A stretch of DNA of 64,000 nucleotides from Azolla caroliniana (Eukaryota > Plantae > Polypodiophyta), in contig JBHGNT010000020.1 of assembly GCA_043228905.1 (NCBI GenBank), positions 10,540,001 through 10,604,000 on the forward strand, written 5' to 3'. This document shows positions 1 to 12,537 of this stretch, piece after piece. Positions within the stretch are counted from its first letter, which is position 1, and each line of letters opens with the position of its first letter. A program made the position numbers and the translations under genes. Under the pieces are notes generated by a model. It was given only the letters and a program-made list of their open reading frames with translations. It was not told the origin of the DNA and did no database searches.

Positions 1-224
1 GTGAGTTCACACACTAGACCAAGTTGAGCTTGATTCTCAACACGCCCCCTCAAGCTCAAGCCGGGTCGGTTTCAGACGGTATCCGAAATCCGCTTCAACT
101 CGCGTTCCGGAGTCCGCATCGACTCGCGTCGGCTCGCTTTATGCGGAGTTGCGGAATATGTGCTCCGGCTTGCGTTGTGCGTAGTTACGAAGTATGTGCT
201 TCGGCTTGCGTCTTTCTTTGCGGC
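1..224 (-). mobile_element. 3' end of a Ty1/copia element: 3' LTR start (1-42), PPT (~43-52) and 3' non-coding region
   Basis: Minus strand reads ...CTTGAGCTTGAGGGGGCG|TGTTGAGAATC..., the typical copia end motif plus PPT directly before TG; it is interrupted at 225 by a gypsy LTR. Confidence 0.6.
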
Positions 225-663
225 TGTCAGGAACAATACTGAGACAGAGAAGGAATTAGTACTAAACGAAGGATTAGTACTATGAGAGGTGTAGAACTTC
301 TTCAAGAGAAGGAAGGAGTGAGCGAGACAGAGAGAAAGAGAGAGATCGAGAGAGAGAGAGAGTGATGATAAGAAAGATATGTATTATATGAAGAGAATAT
401 ACAATGGTGGCTAAAAGGCTTAAGATTGGCGTTGAACCAATTTGGTTCAACATAATGCCTAGTGCCCTCTTTTATAGTGTTTTCAGGAGTAATCCTGAAG
501 CTTCTAGAATGTTCCAGAGAAATCTGGAATATACACTAATTTCCTATAATAAAATGTAAATGAAAATAATATCCTACGTATTACAATAGATGGTCTAATG
601 GTCAAGAGCTCAACCCATATAACCTAAGAAGGTCATGGGTTCGAGTCTTGCCATATCATGACA
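225..663 (-). repeat. 3' LTR of chromovirus (LTR1)
   Basis: TG...CA termini, PPT at 664-673, aligns by eye with 1951-2385 and 12538-12804. Confidence 0.92.
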
Positions 664-1950
664 CTATCCCCCCTTTAAAATGACGAGTGTCACGAGTCGT
701 CTTGGATTGAGGACCCGGTTTGTGTGGATATTGACATTGGAAGTCTTCAAGAAGAGCACGAGCATTGGTCACATTCTCGATCGGTTCCCAAGTACATTCG
801 TTGGGACTATAGCCTAGCCAATCGACTAGATAGTAGAGCTTGTTGTGAACAATCTTGGAATCAAGGATGGCGGCAACCTTGTACTCCGGCCCATCTTCAA
901 GCTCGAGCAGGGGTGGAGGTTGGATAAGACGTCCTGGGATGGTGCTCTCGTGGTAGGGTTCGAGGAGAGAACTATGAAACACCGGATGTATCCGAAGTTG
1001 AGGAGGTAGATCGAGACGAAAACCGACATCATTAATTTGTCCAATAATACGGAAAGGACCTAATCGCCGATAATCCAACTTCTCACATGGGCGAGTAGTC
1101 TTGATGTGTCGTCGTAGCAGCCACACCCGATCTCCAATGTTAAAACTGGATGGAAGTCGATGACGATCCGCATAGACCTTGTGTGTTTGTTGAGCTTGCT
1201 GGAGATGAGTAGATAAATCCGCTTGTATCTTGCGTAACCGCTCCAAACGATCCTCCGCGCACGGATTTGTGGACACCTCTGGTGTTTCAAGTACACTCCA
1301 CCGGGGGTGACATCCCGTATAAGCATAAAATGGCGTAACTTTAGTGGATGCGTGGATAGAGTTGTTATAGGCAAATTCGGCGAAGTGGAGAATATCTGCC
1401 TAGTCGTCCTGATGATAACTGAGAAAGCACCGCAGATACTGCTCCAACGTTTGATTTGTTTGTTCAGCTTGGCTGTCGGTTTGTGGGTGGTAGCCGGAGG
1501 AGAGGTTACAAGAGACCTTGAGCATGTTAAAAAGGTGCTTCCAGAATTTTGACACGAACTGGGGTCCACGGTCGCTGATGATACTATCGGGAAGTCCATG
1601 ATGTCGACATACTTCACGCATGACAATTTCGGCAATGTCTTCACTGGAGATCTCCTTAGTACATGGCAAGAAATGAGCCATCTTCGTGTATCGATCGACC
1701 ACCGTTAGAATCGCATTGAACCCCTTAGAGACTAGAAGATTTATGATGAAGTCTAGAGCAATGGATTGCCACGGCTTACTTGGAATTGGTAATGGTTCTA
1801 ATAAACCATATGGATGATGCCTTGGCATTTTCGCTCTGCAACATGTATCACAAGTCCGAACAAAATCCTCGACAAATTGTCGCATACAGGGCCACCAGAA
1901 TGATCGTTGTACTAAATGTAATGTTTTAGTACTACCAAAATGCCCAGGTG
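656..1950 (-). pseudogene. Integrase C-terminal half plus chromodomain (disrupted), outer chromovirus copy
   Basis: CDTC zinc-finger part, ALDFI, ISDRGPQF, GPF motif, chromodomain YYLVDWLGY...TWEP; internal stop near 1400. Confidence 0.9.
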
Positions 1951-2385
1951 TGTCAGGAACAGTACTAAGACAGAGAAGGAATTAGTACTAAAAGAAGTAT
2001 TAGTACTAAGAGAGGTGAAGAACTCTCGAGAGAAGGAAAGAGGGAGTGAGAGGGAGGGAGAGAGAGATCGAGAGAGAGAGAGAGAGAGATGATAAGAAAA
2101 GATATATATTATGTGAAGAGAATGTACAGTAGTAGCTAGGAGGCTTAAGACTGGTGTTGAACTGATTTGGTTCGAAATAATGCCTCGTGCCTCCTTTTAT
2201 AGTGTTCTAAGGAATACTCCTGAAGTTTCTAGAATGTTCCAGAGAAATCTGGAATATACATCAATTTTCTATAATAAAACATAAATGAAAATAATATTCT
2301 ACGTATTACAATGTATAGTCTAATGGTCAAGAGCTCGACCCATGTAGCATAAGGTCATGGGTTCGAGTCTTGTCATATCATGACA
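1951..2385 (-). repeat. Second, more divergent chromovirus 3' LTR (LTR2) inserted in the integrase
   Basis: TGTCAGGAAC...CATGACA, PPT at 2386-2395; interrupts integrase sequence whose uninterrupted equivalent is near 3630-3660. Confidence 0.9.
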
Positions 2386-5300
2386 CTATCCCCCCTTTAA
2401 AACAACGAGTGTAATGAGTCGTTTTGGATTGAGGACCCGGTTTGTCTGGATATTGATTGTGGAAGTCTTCAAGAAGTGCACGAGCATTGGTGACATTCTC
2501 TATCGGTTCCCAAGTACGCTCACTGGGACTATATCCTAGCCAATCGACTAGATAGTAGAGCTTGTTGCGAATAATCTTGGAATCAAGGATGGCGGCAACC
2601 TCGTACTCAGGTCCATCTTCAAGCTCGATCGGGGGTGGAGGCTCTGTAATACGTCCTGGGATGGTGCTCTCTTGATAGGGTTCAAGGAGAGAACTATGAA
2701 ACACCGGATGTATCCGAAGTTGTGGAGGTAGATCGAGATGAAAAGCGACATCATTAATCTTTCCTATGATACGGAAAGGACCTAATCGCCGATAATCCAA
2801 CTTCTCGCATGGGCGAGTAGTCTTGATGTGTCGTCAGAGTAGCCATACCCGATCTCCAATGTTAAAACTGGATGGGAGTTGATGACGATCCGCATAAACC
2901 TTGTGTGTTTGTTGAGCTTGTTGGAGATGAGTAGATAAATCCGCTTGTATCTTGCGTAACCGCTCCAAACGATCCTCCGCGCAAGGATTTGTGGACACCT
3001 CTGGTGTTTCAAGTACACTCCACCGGGGGTGACATCCCGTATAAGCATAAAATGGCGTAACTTTAGTGGATGCGTGGATAGAGTTATTATAGGCAAATTC
3101 GGCGAAGTGGAGAATATCCGCCCAGTCATCCTGATGATAACTGAGAAAGCACCGTAGGTACTGCTCCAGCGTTTGATTTGTTCGTTCGGCTTGGCCGTCG
3201 GTTTGTGGGTGGTAGCCGGAGGAGAGGTTACAAGTGACCTTGAGCATTTTAAAAAGGTGCTTCCAGAATTTTGACACTAACAATACTATTGGGAAGTCCA
3301 TGATGCCGACATACTTCACGCATGACAATTTCAGCGGTGTCTTCACTGGAGATTTCCTTAGTACATGGCAAAAAATGAGCCATCTTCGTATATCGATCTA
3401 CCACTGTTAGAATCGCATTGAACCCCTTAGAGACTGGAAGATCTGTGATGAAGTCTAGAGCAATGGATTTCCACGGCTTGCTTGGAATTGGTAATGGTTC
3501 TAATAAACCATATGGATGATGCCTTGGCATTTTCGCTCTGCAACATGTGTCACAAGTCCGAACAAAATCTTCGATTGTTGCATACGGGGCCACCAGAATG
3601 ATCGTTGTACTAAATCTAGTGTTTTAGTACTACCAAAATACCCAGTTGTATATGTGTCATGATAGTTTTGTACTACTTGAAGGCAGGAAGAACCATTAGG
3701 AACATACAAAAGTTCTTTAAAGAAGAGTAATCCATCATGGTATTTGAATTGCCGATAGTCCGTACCTGGTGGTTGCGACTGTGAACACGACGCTCGAGAG
3801 GGATCAATTTGTGCTAGTATAGCTTGGGCGAAAGCATTTGTCTTCAGGTCCGCACGTATGATATCGATAACGTGGGAATCCATGGGCATGCCAAAGACCT
3901 GTGTTGCTTGCAGTCGTGCCGGTCCCAAGATTACTTGTTTTTGGTTATCGAAAGCTGGCTCGCCGGGACGCGGTGCTAGGTACGAACGCCGTGATAATGC
4001 ATATGCTTTCCCTTGATGTTTCCAAGGTCGATATGTAATCTTGAAGTCGAAACGCGTGAGAAAATGGGCCCACCGAGCTTGACGTCGATTTAACACACGA
4101 GCGTCTTGAAAATAGGCGAGGTTTTTGTGGTCACTGAATACAGTGACTTGATGAGAAGATCCCTCTAGAAAATGCCTCCATTGCATAAAAGAGTCCACTA
4201 TAGCCAATAGCTCTTTATCATGAATTTCGTAGTTGATTTCGGCGGCGTCAAACTTGCGTGAGTGAAAAGCCACAGGATGTAGCTTTTCATCATTACCTCG
4301 TTGTGATAGAATGCTTCCCAATGCAAAATCCGATGCGTCCGCTTCGATGATGAATGGTTTTTCTGGATCAACGTGAGCTAGAATAGGAGCCAATGTAAAT
4401 GCCTATTTAAGATTCTCAAAAGCCATGTCCGCTTCTTCATACCAAAGAACAATTGTCCCTTCCTAGTAAGTTGTGTAAGAGGCAAAACGAGCTTTGAGTA
4501 ATCTTTTATAAACTTCCGGTAAAAATTGGCAAAGCCTAGAAAGCATTGCACATCTCGCACCGAACGCGGAGTCTGCCATTCTACCACCGTTTTGACCTTA
4601 GCTGGGTCCATGGAGATGCCTTCTGAGGACATGACATAGCCGAGAAATTCCACCTAGTTGCACCCGAAACTACATTTTTCCAGCTTTGCATAGAGACCAT
4701 GTTCTCGAAGTCGTTTTAGTACTAATAATACATGAGAATCATGCTCTTCTAGGGTCTTCGAGTAAACCAGTAGATCATCCAAATAGATGATTAGACACAT
4801 ATCCAAGAGATCTCGGAAAATATCATTTGCCATGTGCTGGAAGACTACTGGCGCATTAGTGACGCCGAACGGCATGACCGTATACTCGAAGTGCCCATAT
4901 CTGGTGCGGAACGCGGTCTTCCATTCATCTCCTGGTCGGATCCGTACGAGATTATAGGCTCCCCATAAGTCGATCTTCGTGAAGAACCTGGCACCATTGA
5001 TCCGTTTTAAAAGACTTGAGATAAGGGGGAGTGCATACCTATTTCGGATTGTAACCTTATTCAAGCCACGATAATCTACAACGAGCCGAAGTGAGCCATC
5101 CTTTTTCTTGACGAAGAAAATGGGTGCGCGGGCTGGAGACTTCGAATGTCGTATGAAACCATTCTCCAAATTCTCCTCTATATAGGCTTGAAGGACTTCC
5201 AGTTCGGTTGGTGACAAATTGTAGATCGGTCCCCAAGGTGGCTCTTTCCCCGGTTGTAAATCGATGGGGCAATCATATGGTCGATGGTGAGGAAGCGTAC

Positions 5301-5949
5301 TGGCTTGTACTTTATCAAACACATCGGCATACTGATGATACTTCTCTGGAAGTTGAACGGTGGAATCCTCTTTAGTGGTGCTAGAGGGGTTTACTGATAT
5401 TGCGAAGAGGAACATTTCTTCCTTGCATCCTTCCTCACGCAACTGATGTAGTGAAATCGTTGCAATCTCATGAGTAGACCCTCGGGCTTTTCGATGCCGG
5501 ATTTCTCTTGTCCGCCAATCTATGTCTAGGTTATGTAATTCGAACCATGGTAATCCTAAGACAATGGGGTGTTCTGGGATGCTAATTATATTAAATGATA
5601 TGACACATGCTAGATTATCTAGGACAACATTAACGGGCTCTGACTCTTCTATGATATTTCCTGAGGCAATGGGACGATCATCGACGACTACTACAAGGGC
5701 AGGACACGGGAGTTTTCTGAGAGATATCTGATGAGCTTGGGAAAATTTCCTATCCATGAAGCAAGAATTAGCTCCGGAATCTAGAAGTGCTAAGACATGT
5801 ACTGGAGGAGTACTTTTAGTACTAACTGTTACTTGGGTTGCGAACACATTGCTAACTTGCTTAGAGGGAATGGAACCACTAATGGGTTGCACAGATCTAG
5901 GGCTGTCCAACCAAACGGCTCCTATTTTGGCTGGACTTAGTCGTTTAAC
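2378..5949 (-). pseudogene. Chromovirus pol (PR-RT-RNaseH-INT-chromodomain), with stops and frameshifts
   Basis: ALLDSGA protease, YLDD RT, EADASDFALG/HDKELLAIV RNase H, integrase core, chromodomain; split over several ORFs. Confidence 0.93.
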
Positions 5950-6592
5950 TCTTCTTCTAATTGACTAAGGACATCAAATTTGTTCGCTAGATTTGGGTTA
6001 TTAGTACTATTAGGACTATCAGATATCCCTACTGAAATAGACTCGGGTTTAGTACAATCAGAACTAGCAACTATTTGGTTTACTTGCCTTCTTGGCCTAT
6101 GGGGACAGTTTACCGTGATATGCCCTGGTCCACCGCAATAAAGACATAGTCGATTTGCTCGACGTCGTTGCTTTTCTTCTTCCGATAGCGGTCCACGACG
6201 ACGTGTGGTGACAATTTCCATCGGAGTTGGAGTACTTGCTGGAGGCGCATTATATGACTCCCTCGGAAAAGGTTTCGCTACCACTAAGGCATAGGTAGGC
6301 TCTGATCTAGCCCTCGACATCTGTAGCTGTCGTTCCGAACGTCACTCAAAGAGGCGGTTGTCACATCTCACCACATGACTGATTGCTTCTGTTAAGGACT
6401 TTGGCTCTTCGGGGAAGGTTAAGAGTAAATCCTTGACGTCTTTGCGTAAACCATAACGGAATTGCTCCATCAACGCTTGATCATCCCAAGGGATATCGGC
6501 GGCGAGTAGGCGAAAATTTGCAGTGTATGCGGAGGCTGGACGGTCACCTTGGCGTAATCGCCGAATTTTGTTGATTGCGGTCCTGATGCTGT

Positions 6593-9500
6593 TGTTGGGA
6601 TTACGGTCCCTCCGGATGGGATGTCCGGAGATGAATGACGGCAAGCCCGGTTGCGGTTACGGAACCGGATGATGAAGAGTACCCGGCATGAAGCCGGATG
6701 AAGAGTACCCGGATACGGATCCGGATGATGAAGACCCCGGTTACGGAGACGGATGACGAATGTACCCGGAGAGAGATCCGGATGCGGGGACATATTTGTA
6801 AATATGTTTGCCAAGAGCCCTTGAGGCTATATTTGTAAATAGCCCGAAAGTCATATATGTGTATAAATATGACTTAGGGCAAACAGTTTAAACGTTGTTG
6901 TTGCTCATTTTTCCATGCGAAGTGAGAGCAGCCGAGAGAGAGAGAGACGAAGAGGTCGCTGCCTCTGTGTATTACCGCCGCCTGTGGCGAAGACAGTGAG
7001 CTCAAGGTTGTTGCCTTGTAGCTTCACCAGTGTACATCCCTGTTCATAGTGATAGTTGGAGTTTGAGGACTCCCGTGGTTTTTCCCATTTAGGGTTTTCC
7101 ACGTTAATCCCTGTGTCATCGTGTCTTTCTCTGTGTTTCCTATTTTCTGCTCCTTTGATTCGCAATTACTCGGTTGTGGCCGAGAGAAGAAGGTAAATCG
7201 GGGTGGTCGATTCCCTACAAACTGGTATCAGAGCGACGGTAACACAGAAAATGGAAGGCGGCAGCAGCGGGCAGCCGGGAATGATGGTGCTGAATGCGCA
7301 GAATTACGCCGACTGGAAGATCAAGATGGAGGATCTTCTGATTGTTCGGGACCTGTACGAACCGATTGACAGGTCGGAAATACCGAAGGGAGTACTTGAG
7401 TCGGAGTGGAAGCTCCTGAACCGGAAAGCCGTAGCGACGATCCGACAATATGTCGATGTAAGCGTCCTACAACATGTGGCGAATGACACCAACGCATATG
7501 AGATGTGGAAGAAGCTGTCGGGCCTCTACGAGAGGAAGAATGCGTTGAACCGGACCTCCCTGATGAGGAAGATTGTGAATCTCAAGTACCGGGACGGCGA
7601 GAGTATGGTGGAACACGTAAGCACGTTCATGGGATTCGTGAACCAGCTTGCGGCGATCAAGTTCCCGTTGGAGGATGCAATGCAAGCCATCATCCTGATG
7701 TGTACATTGCCGGACAGCTGGGAGAACTTGGTGGTGACTCTCAGCACCTCCTGCACGGAAGATAACTTGTCCCTACAAACGGTAAAGACAAGTATTTTGA
7801 ACGAAGAAGCGCGTCGGAGAGATAAAGAACCGGCCTCCGACTCGAAGGCGCTGCTTACCGAATCGGAACGGGGAAGACACTGGAACCGGAGTCCGCAAAG
7901 ACGGGAGAAGTCGGGGACCCGGTCGCAGTCAAGAGGAAGGCCCACGTGCTTCCACTGTGGGAAGCCGGGGCACTTCCGGAAGAATTGTCGGCATTACCGA
8001 AAGGACAACGGAGCCGACGACACCGATTCGAAGAAGTCACCGGAGAGAAACGGTGCATACCGGGGAGCCACGGACCGGAGAGGTCCGGATCGGCGAGGGC
8101 AGGACCGAAAAGGAACGACGGCACTCGCGGCAAGTGAAGAAGAGATAATGCTCATTACCGAAGAGAGGGAGCTGAACCTTGCCGGTGAAGAGATGACCTG
8201 GGTGGTCGATTCCGGAGCGTCCTTCCACCTGACCCCGGAGAAGAAATACTTCTCATCCTACACAGCCGGTGAGCACGCCTGTGTTCGGATGGGAAATGAA
8301 GGTAGGTGCCGGATAGCCGGCATAGGAGACGTGTGGCTGATGACATCAACCGGATGCAAGATGCTGCTGAAGGATGTTCGACACGTTCCGGAGGTTCGAT
8401 TGAACCTGATTTCGGCCAGCAGGCTAGACGATGAAGGCTACACGGGTAGCATCCGGAACGGTGTCATGAAGTTCAGCAAGGGGAGCCTGATAGTGGCTCG
8501 GGCCCGGAAGGTCAACACACTGTACCTGATGAATTCCCGGCTATGTCCGGAGGAGCTGAACGTGGCAGCCGACACTGCCGGTGAGCTGTGGCACAAGAGA
8601 CTGTGCCACATGAGCGAGAAGGGGATGAAGAGGCTTGCAGAAGACAACCTCATTCCAGTGAAGCATGTGCATCTGGAGAAGTGCACCGATTGCCTGGCCG
8701 GTAAGCAGAACCGAGCCTCCTTCCACTCAAGGCCACCGACGAGACGTAGCGCACCATTGGAGTTGGTGCACACTGATGTGTGTCAAGTAGAAACGAAGTC
8801 ACATGGCGGAGCCCAGTACTTCGTGACATTCATTGATGACCACAGCCGGAAGCTGTGGACGGCACCGTTGAAGACAAAGGACCAACTATTGTCCGTCTTC
8901 AAAGAACTCCACGCGAGAGTGGAAAGAGAATCCGGCAAGAAGCTCAAAGCGATACGAGCGGATAACGGAGGGGAATACCGGGGGCAGTTCACGGAGTACT
9001 GTCGCTCGAAAGGAATCCGGCTCGAGTTTACTGTGCCGAAGACGCCGTAACTGAACGGGCTGGCCGAGAGGATGAACCGGACCATAATGGAGAGGGTCCG
9101 GAGTATGCTGGCGCATGCGAAATTACACAAGGGGTTTTGGGCTGAGGCAATGTCGACGGCGACATACGTGATAAACAGATCACCCTCAGTACCTTTGGAC
9201 GGAGACACGCCGCAGAAAGTGTGGACCGGTAAGGAAGTGTCCTACCGGCATCTGAAGGTGTTCGGGTGTCTCGCATACGTGCATGTGGCAAAGGACCGGA
9301 GAGGAAAGTTAGATCCAAAGACCCGGCCATGCATATTCCTCGGTTACGGCGACGACGAGTTCGGCTACCGAGTATGGGACCCGGTCGACAAGAAGATATT
9401 CAGGAGTCGAGATATCATCTTCATGGAGGACAAGACACTCGCCGATTGGGAGTCGGAGAAGAAGATGAAGAGCTCCAAGTCGACCGGTGAGGATAAACTC

Positions 9501-11963
9501 TACGAGGAGCAGTCCCGACCGGCAAGGGACCGGTTAGCACTCGAGGACCCGGCCGAAGACGGTGAAGAAACAGAACCGGCCGAAGAAGATGAAAATGATA
9601 CCGGAACCGGCCCCGATCCCGAAATGGATTCGGATGAAGAAGAATCGGAAGAACCGGTTACCGAAGCCCCGGAACGGAGATATCCTCTGAGAGAGAGAAG
9701 GGCCCCCCGGAGATTTCCGGAACCAGAGCACGTGCTGCTAACCGACGAGGGGGAGCCGGAGAGCTTTGAAGAAGCAAAGCACGACACCCAGAGGCGCAGG
9801 TGGTTGAGTGCCATGCAGGACGAGATGGATTCCCTGCATGAGAACCACACATATGAACTTGTGGAGTTGCCGAAAGGAAAGCGGGCACTTCGAAACAAGT
9901 GGGTGTTCAAGCTGAAACCGGGAGATGCCGGAAACCCCCCGAGATACAAAGCCAGGATCGTGGTGAAGGGGTTTCAGCAAAAGAAGGGCGTCGACTTCGA
10001 TGAGATATTTGCCCCGGTAGTAAAGATGACCTCCATCCGGACGGTGCTGAGCATAGCGGCAAGCATGGACCTCGAAGTAGAACAGATGGACGTGAAGACG
10101 GCATTCCTTCACGGTGACCTCGATGAAGAGATCTACATGCAGCAACTGGAAGGATTCGAGAAGAAAGGGAAGGAGCACCTGGTATGCCGGTTGAAGAAGA
10201 GCCTTTACGGACTGAAGCAGGCTCCCCGGCAATGGTACCGGAAGTTCGACTCCTTCATGACCGACGAAGGGTACCACAAAACGCAGTCCGACCACTGCGT
10301 GTTTGTGAAGAAGTTCGAAGGAGGAGACTCTCTAATACTCCTCCTGTACGTGGACGACATGTTGATCGTCGGACGGGACCAGGTCAAGATACGGATGCTG
10401 AAGAAGGCTCTTCACCGAACCTTCTCAATGAAGGACCTGGGTCCGGCGAGGCAAATACTGGGGATGCACATCATCCGGGACCGGAGCAAAAAGCAGTTGT
10501 GGCTGTCACAGGAGAAGTACGTGACAAAGGTGCTTAAACGGTTCAACATGTCGGAAGCAAGACCGGTCGGATCGACCCTCCCGGCAAACTGCAAGCTGTC
10601 CAGCAAGCAAAGTCCCAAGACAAAGGCTGAAAAGGAGGATATGATGAAAGTGCCGTATGCCTCAGCCGTCGGGAGCTTGATGTACGCCATGGTGTGTACG
10701 AGACCAGACATAGGATATGCAGTCGGAGTGGTGAGCCGGTACATGAGCAATCCCGGCAAAGAGCATTGGAACGCGGTCAAGTGGATACTCCGATACCTGA
10801 AGGGCACGGCAAACGTGTGCCTCCGATTCGGCTCCGGAAAGCCCGAACTCGACGGCTTTACCGATTCGGATATGTCGGCTGATGCAGATACCAGCCGGTC
10901 CACATCAGGGTATGTGATGACGTATGCAGGTGGAGCTGTTTCGTGGCAGTCGAGGCTGCAGAAGACGGTTGCGCTGTCAACCACGGAGGCGGAGTACATG
11001 GCGGCTGTTGAAGCCGGCAAGGAAATAATATGGATGAAGGACTTCATTAGAGAGCTCGGTATCCGGCAAGAGGAGTACCGACTCTACTGCGACAGTCAGA
11101 GTGCCATCCACCTTGCGAAGAACGCGGCTTATCACTCCCGGACGAAGCACATCCAGCGAAGATATCACTGGATCCGGGAAAGGATAGAAGACAAGGAGTT
11201 CGTGCTGACGAAGGTCCACACGGACGAGAACGGGTCGGATATGCTGACCAAGGTGCTCACACCCGACAAGCTGGAAGCATGCCGGAAGAGGATCGGATTG
11301 GAGAGACATCCCATGCCGAAGTGAAGGGGGAGTTTGTTGGGATTACGGTCCCTCCGGATGGGATGTCCGGAGATGAATGACGGCAAGCCCGGTTGCGGTT
11401 ACGGAACCGGATGATGAAGAGTACCCGGCATGAAGCCGGATGAAGAGTACCCGGATACGGATCCGGATGATGAAGACCCCGGTTACGGAGACGGATGACG
11501 AATGTACCCGGAGAGAGATCCGGATGCGGGGACATATTTGTAAATATGTTTGCCAAGAGCCCTTGAGGCTATATTTGTAAATAGCCCGAAAGTCATATAT
11601 GTGTATAAATATGACTTAGGGCAAACAGTTTAAACGTTGTTGTTGCTCATTTTTCCATGCGAAGTGAGAGCAGCCGAGAGAGAGAGAGAGACGAAGAGGT
11701 CGCTGCCTCTGTGTATTACCGCCGCCTGTGGCGAAGACAGTGAGCTCAAGGTTGTTGCCTTGTAGCTTCACCAGTGTACATCCCTGTTCATAGTGATAGT
11801 TGGAGTTTGAGGACTCCCGTGGTTTTTCCCATTTAGGGTTTTCCACGTTAATCCCTGTGTCATCGTGTCTTTCTCTGTGTTTCCTATTTTCTGCTCCTTT
11901 GATTCGCAATTACTCGGTTGTGGCCGAGAGAAGAAGGTAAATCGGGGTGGTCGATTCCCTACA
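6593..11963 (+). mobile_element. Full-length Ty1/copia element (Tnt1/Tork-like), copy A
   Basis: LTRs 6593-7219 and 11335-11963, apparently identical except one GA unit; TSD GCTGT (6588-6592, 11964-11968); PBS TGGTATCAGAGC (tRNA-iMet) 7223-7234; PPT ~11319-11334. Confidence 0.97.
7251..11324 (+). pseudogene. Copia gag-pol polyprotein with one nonsense codon (TAA 9048-9050)
   Basis: CCHC knuckle, WVVDSGAS protease, LWHKRLCH pre-integrase, integrase, YVDD RT, RNase H; copy B has GAA at the stop position. Confidence 0.95.
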
Positions 11964-12537
11964 GCTGTCAGTATCTCCGAAACATGATTTAAACTCACCT
12001 AGAAACTCTTCAAAATTGTTGAGTAACAGAGATTCCTTTTCTAATAGTGGAGCGAACCATGATAATGCTGAGCCACTTAACAAAGTGCCTACTAAACCCA
12101 CTCATGATGCATCGGTGGGATATCGAGAAGGATGCATTTGGATAACTAATCGTACCTGGTTAAGGAACCCTCTAAACTACGATCGCGTTCCATCGAACTT
12201 CGTGGGAAGGCCAATCTTGGGTTCTTTATGAATCCCTTGTGTTCCGGGCCCTTGTTGTTGCATCGCTACGATGGTTGCTTCGAGTTGTTGCACGCGTAAC
12301 GCAAGTTCCCCATGCTGTTGTTGCGTTTGCTGCTTTTCTAAGGAGATTTGCTGAAGATCCCCCAGCAACCGTTGGTTTTCTTGTTCCAAAGCATGGAACT
12401 TCTCTTTCAAGCATTGAAATTCCGAGAAAACAGATTGATATTCTTCAACGCTAACAGTGGCCATGGGATGAAAGAAAAGAGGAATAAGAGATAAGTAGGA
12501 AATGAGAGAGATAGAAGGTAGGAAAATTGGTTCAAAC

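Larger units (their letters stand above)
5937..12464 (-). pseudogene. Chromovirus gag (retrotransposon gag domain plus CCHC knuckle), split by the copia insertion
   Basis: MATVSVEE...KFDGTRS*FRGFLNQ...FGDTDS|IRTAINKIRRLRQG...CLYCGGPGHITVNC; reads contiguously across the copia TSD; premature stops. Confidence 0.88.

Noticed and set aside
585-660. Functional tRNA gene
   Set aside because: No convincing acceptor or anticodon stem; part of an LTR, so reported only as a tRNA-like module
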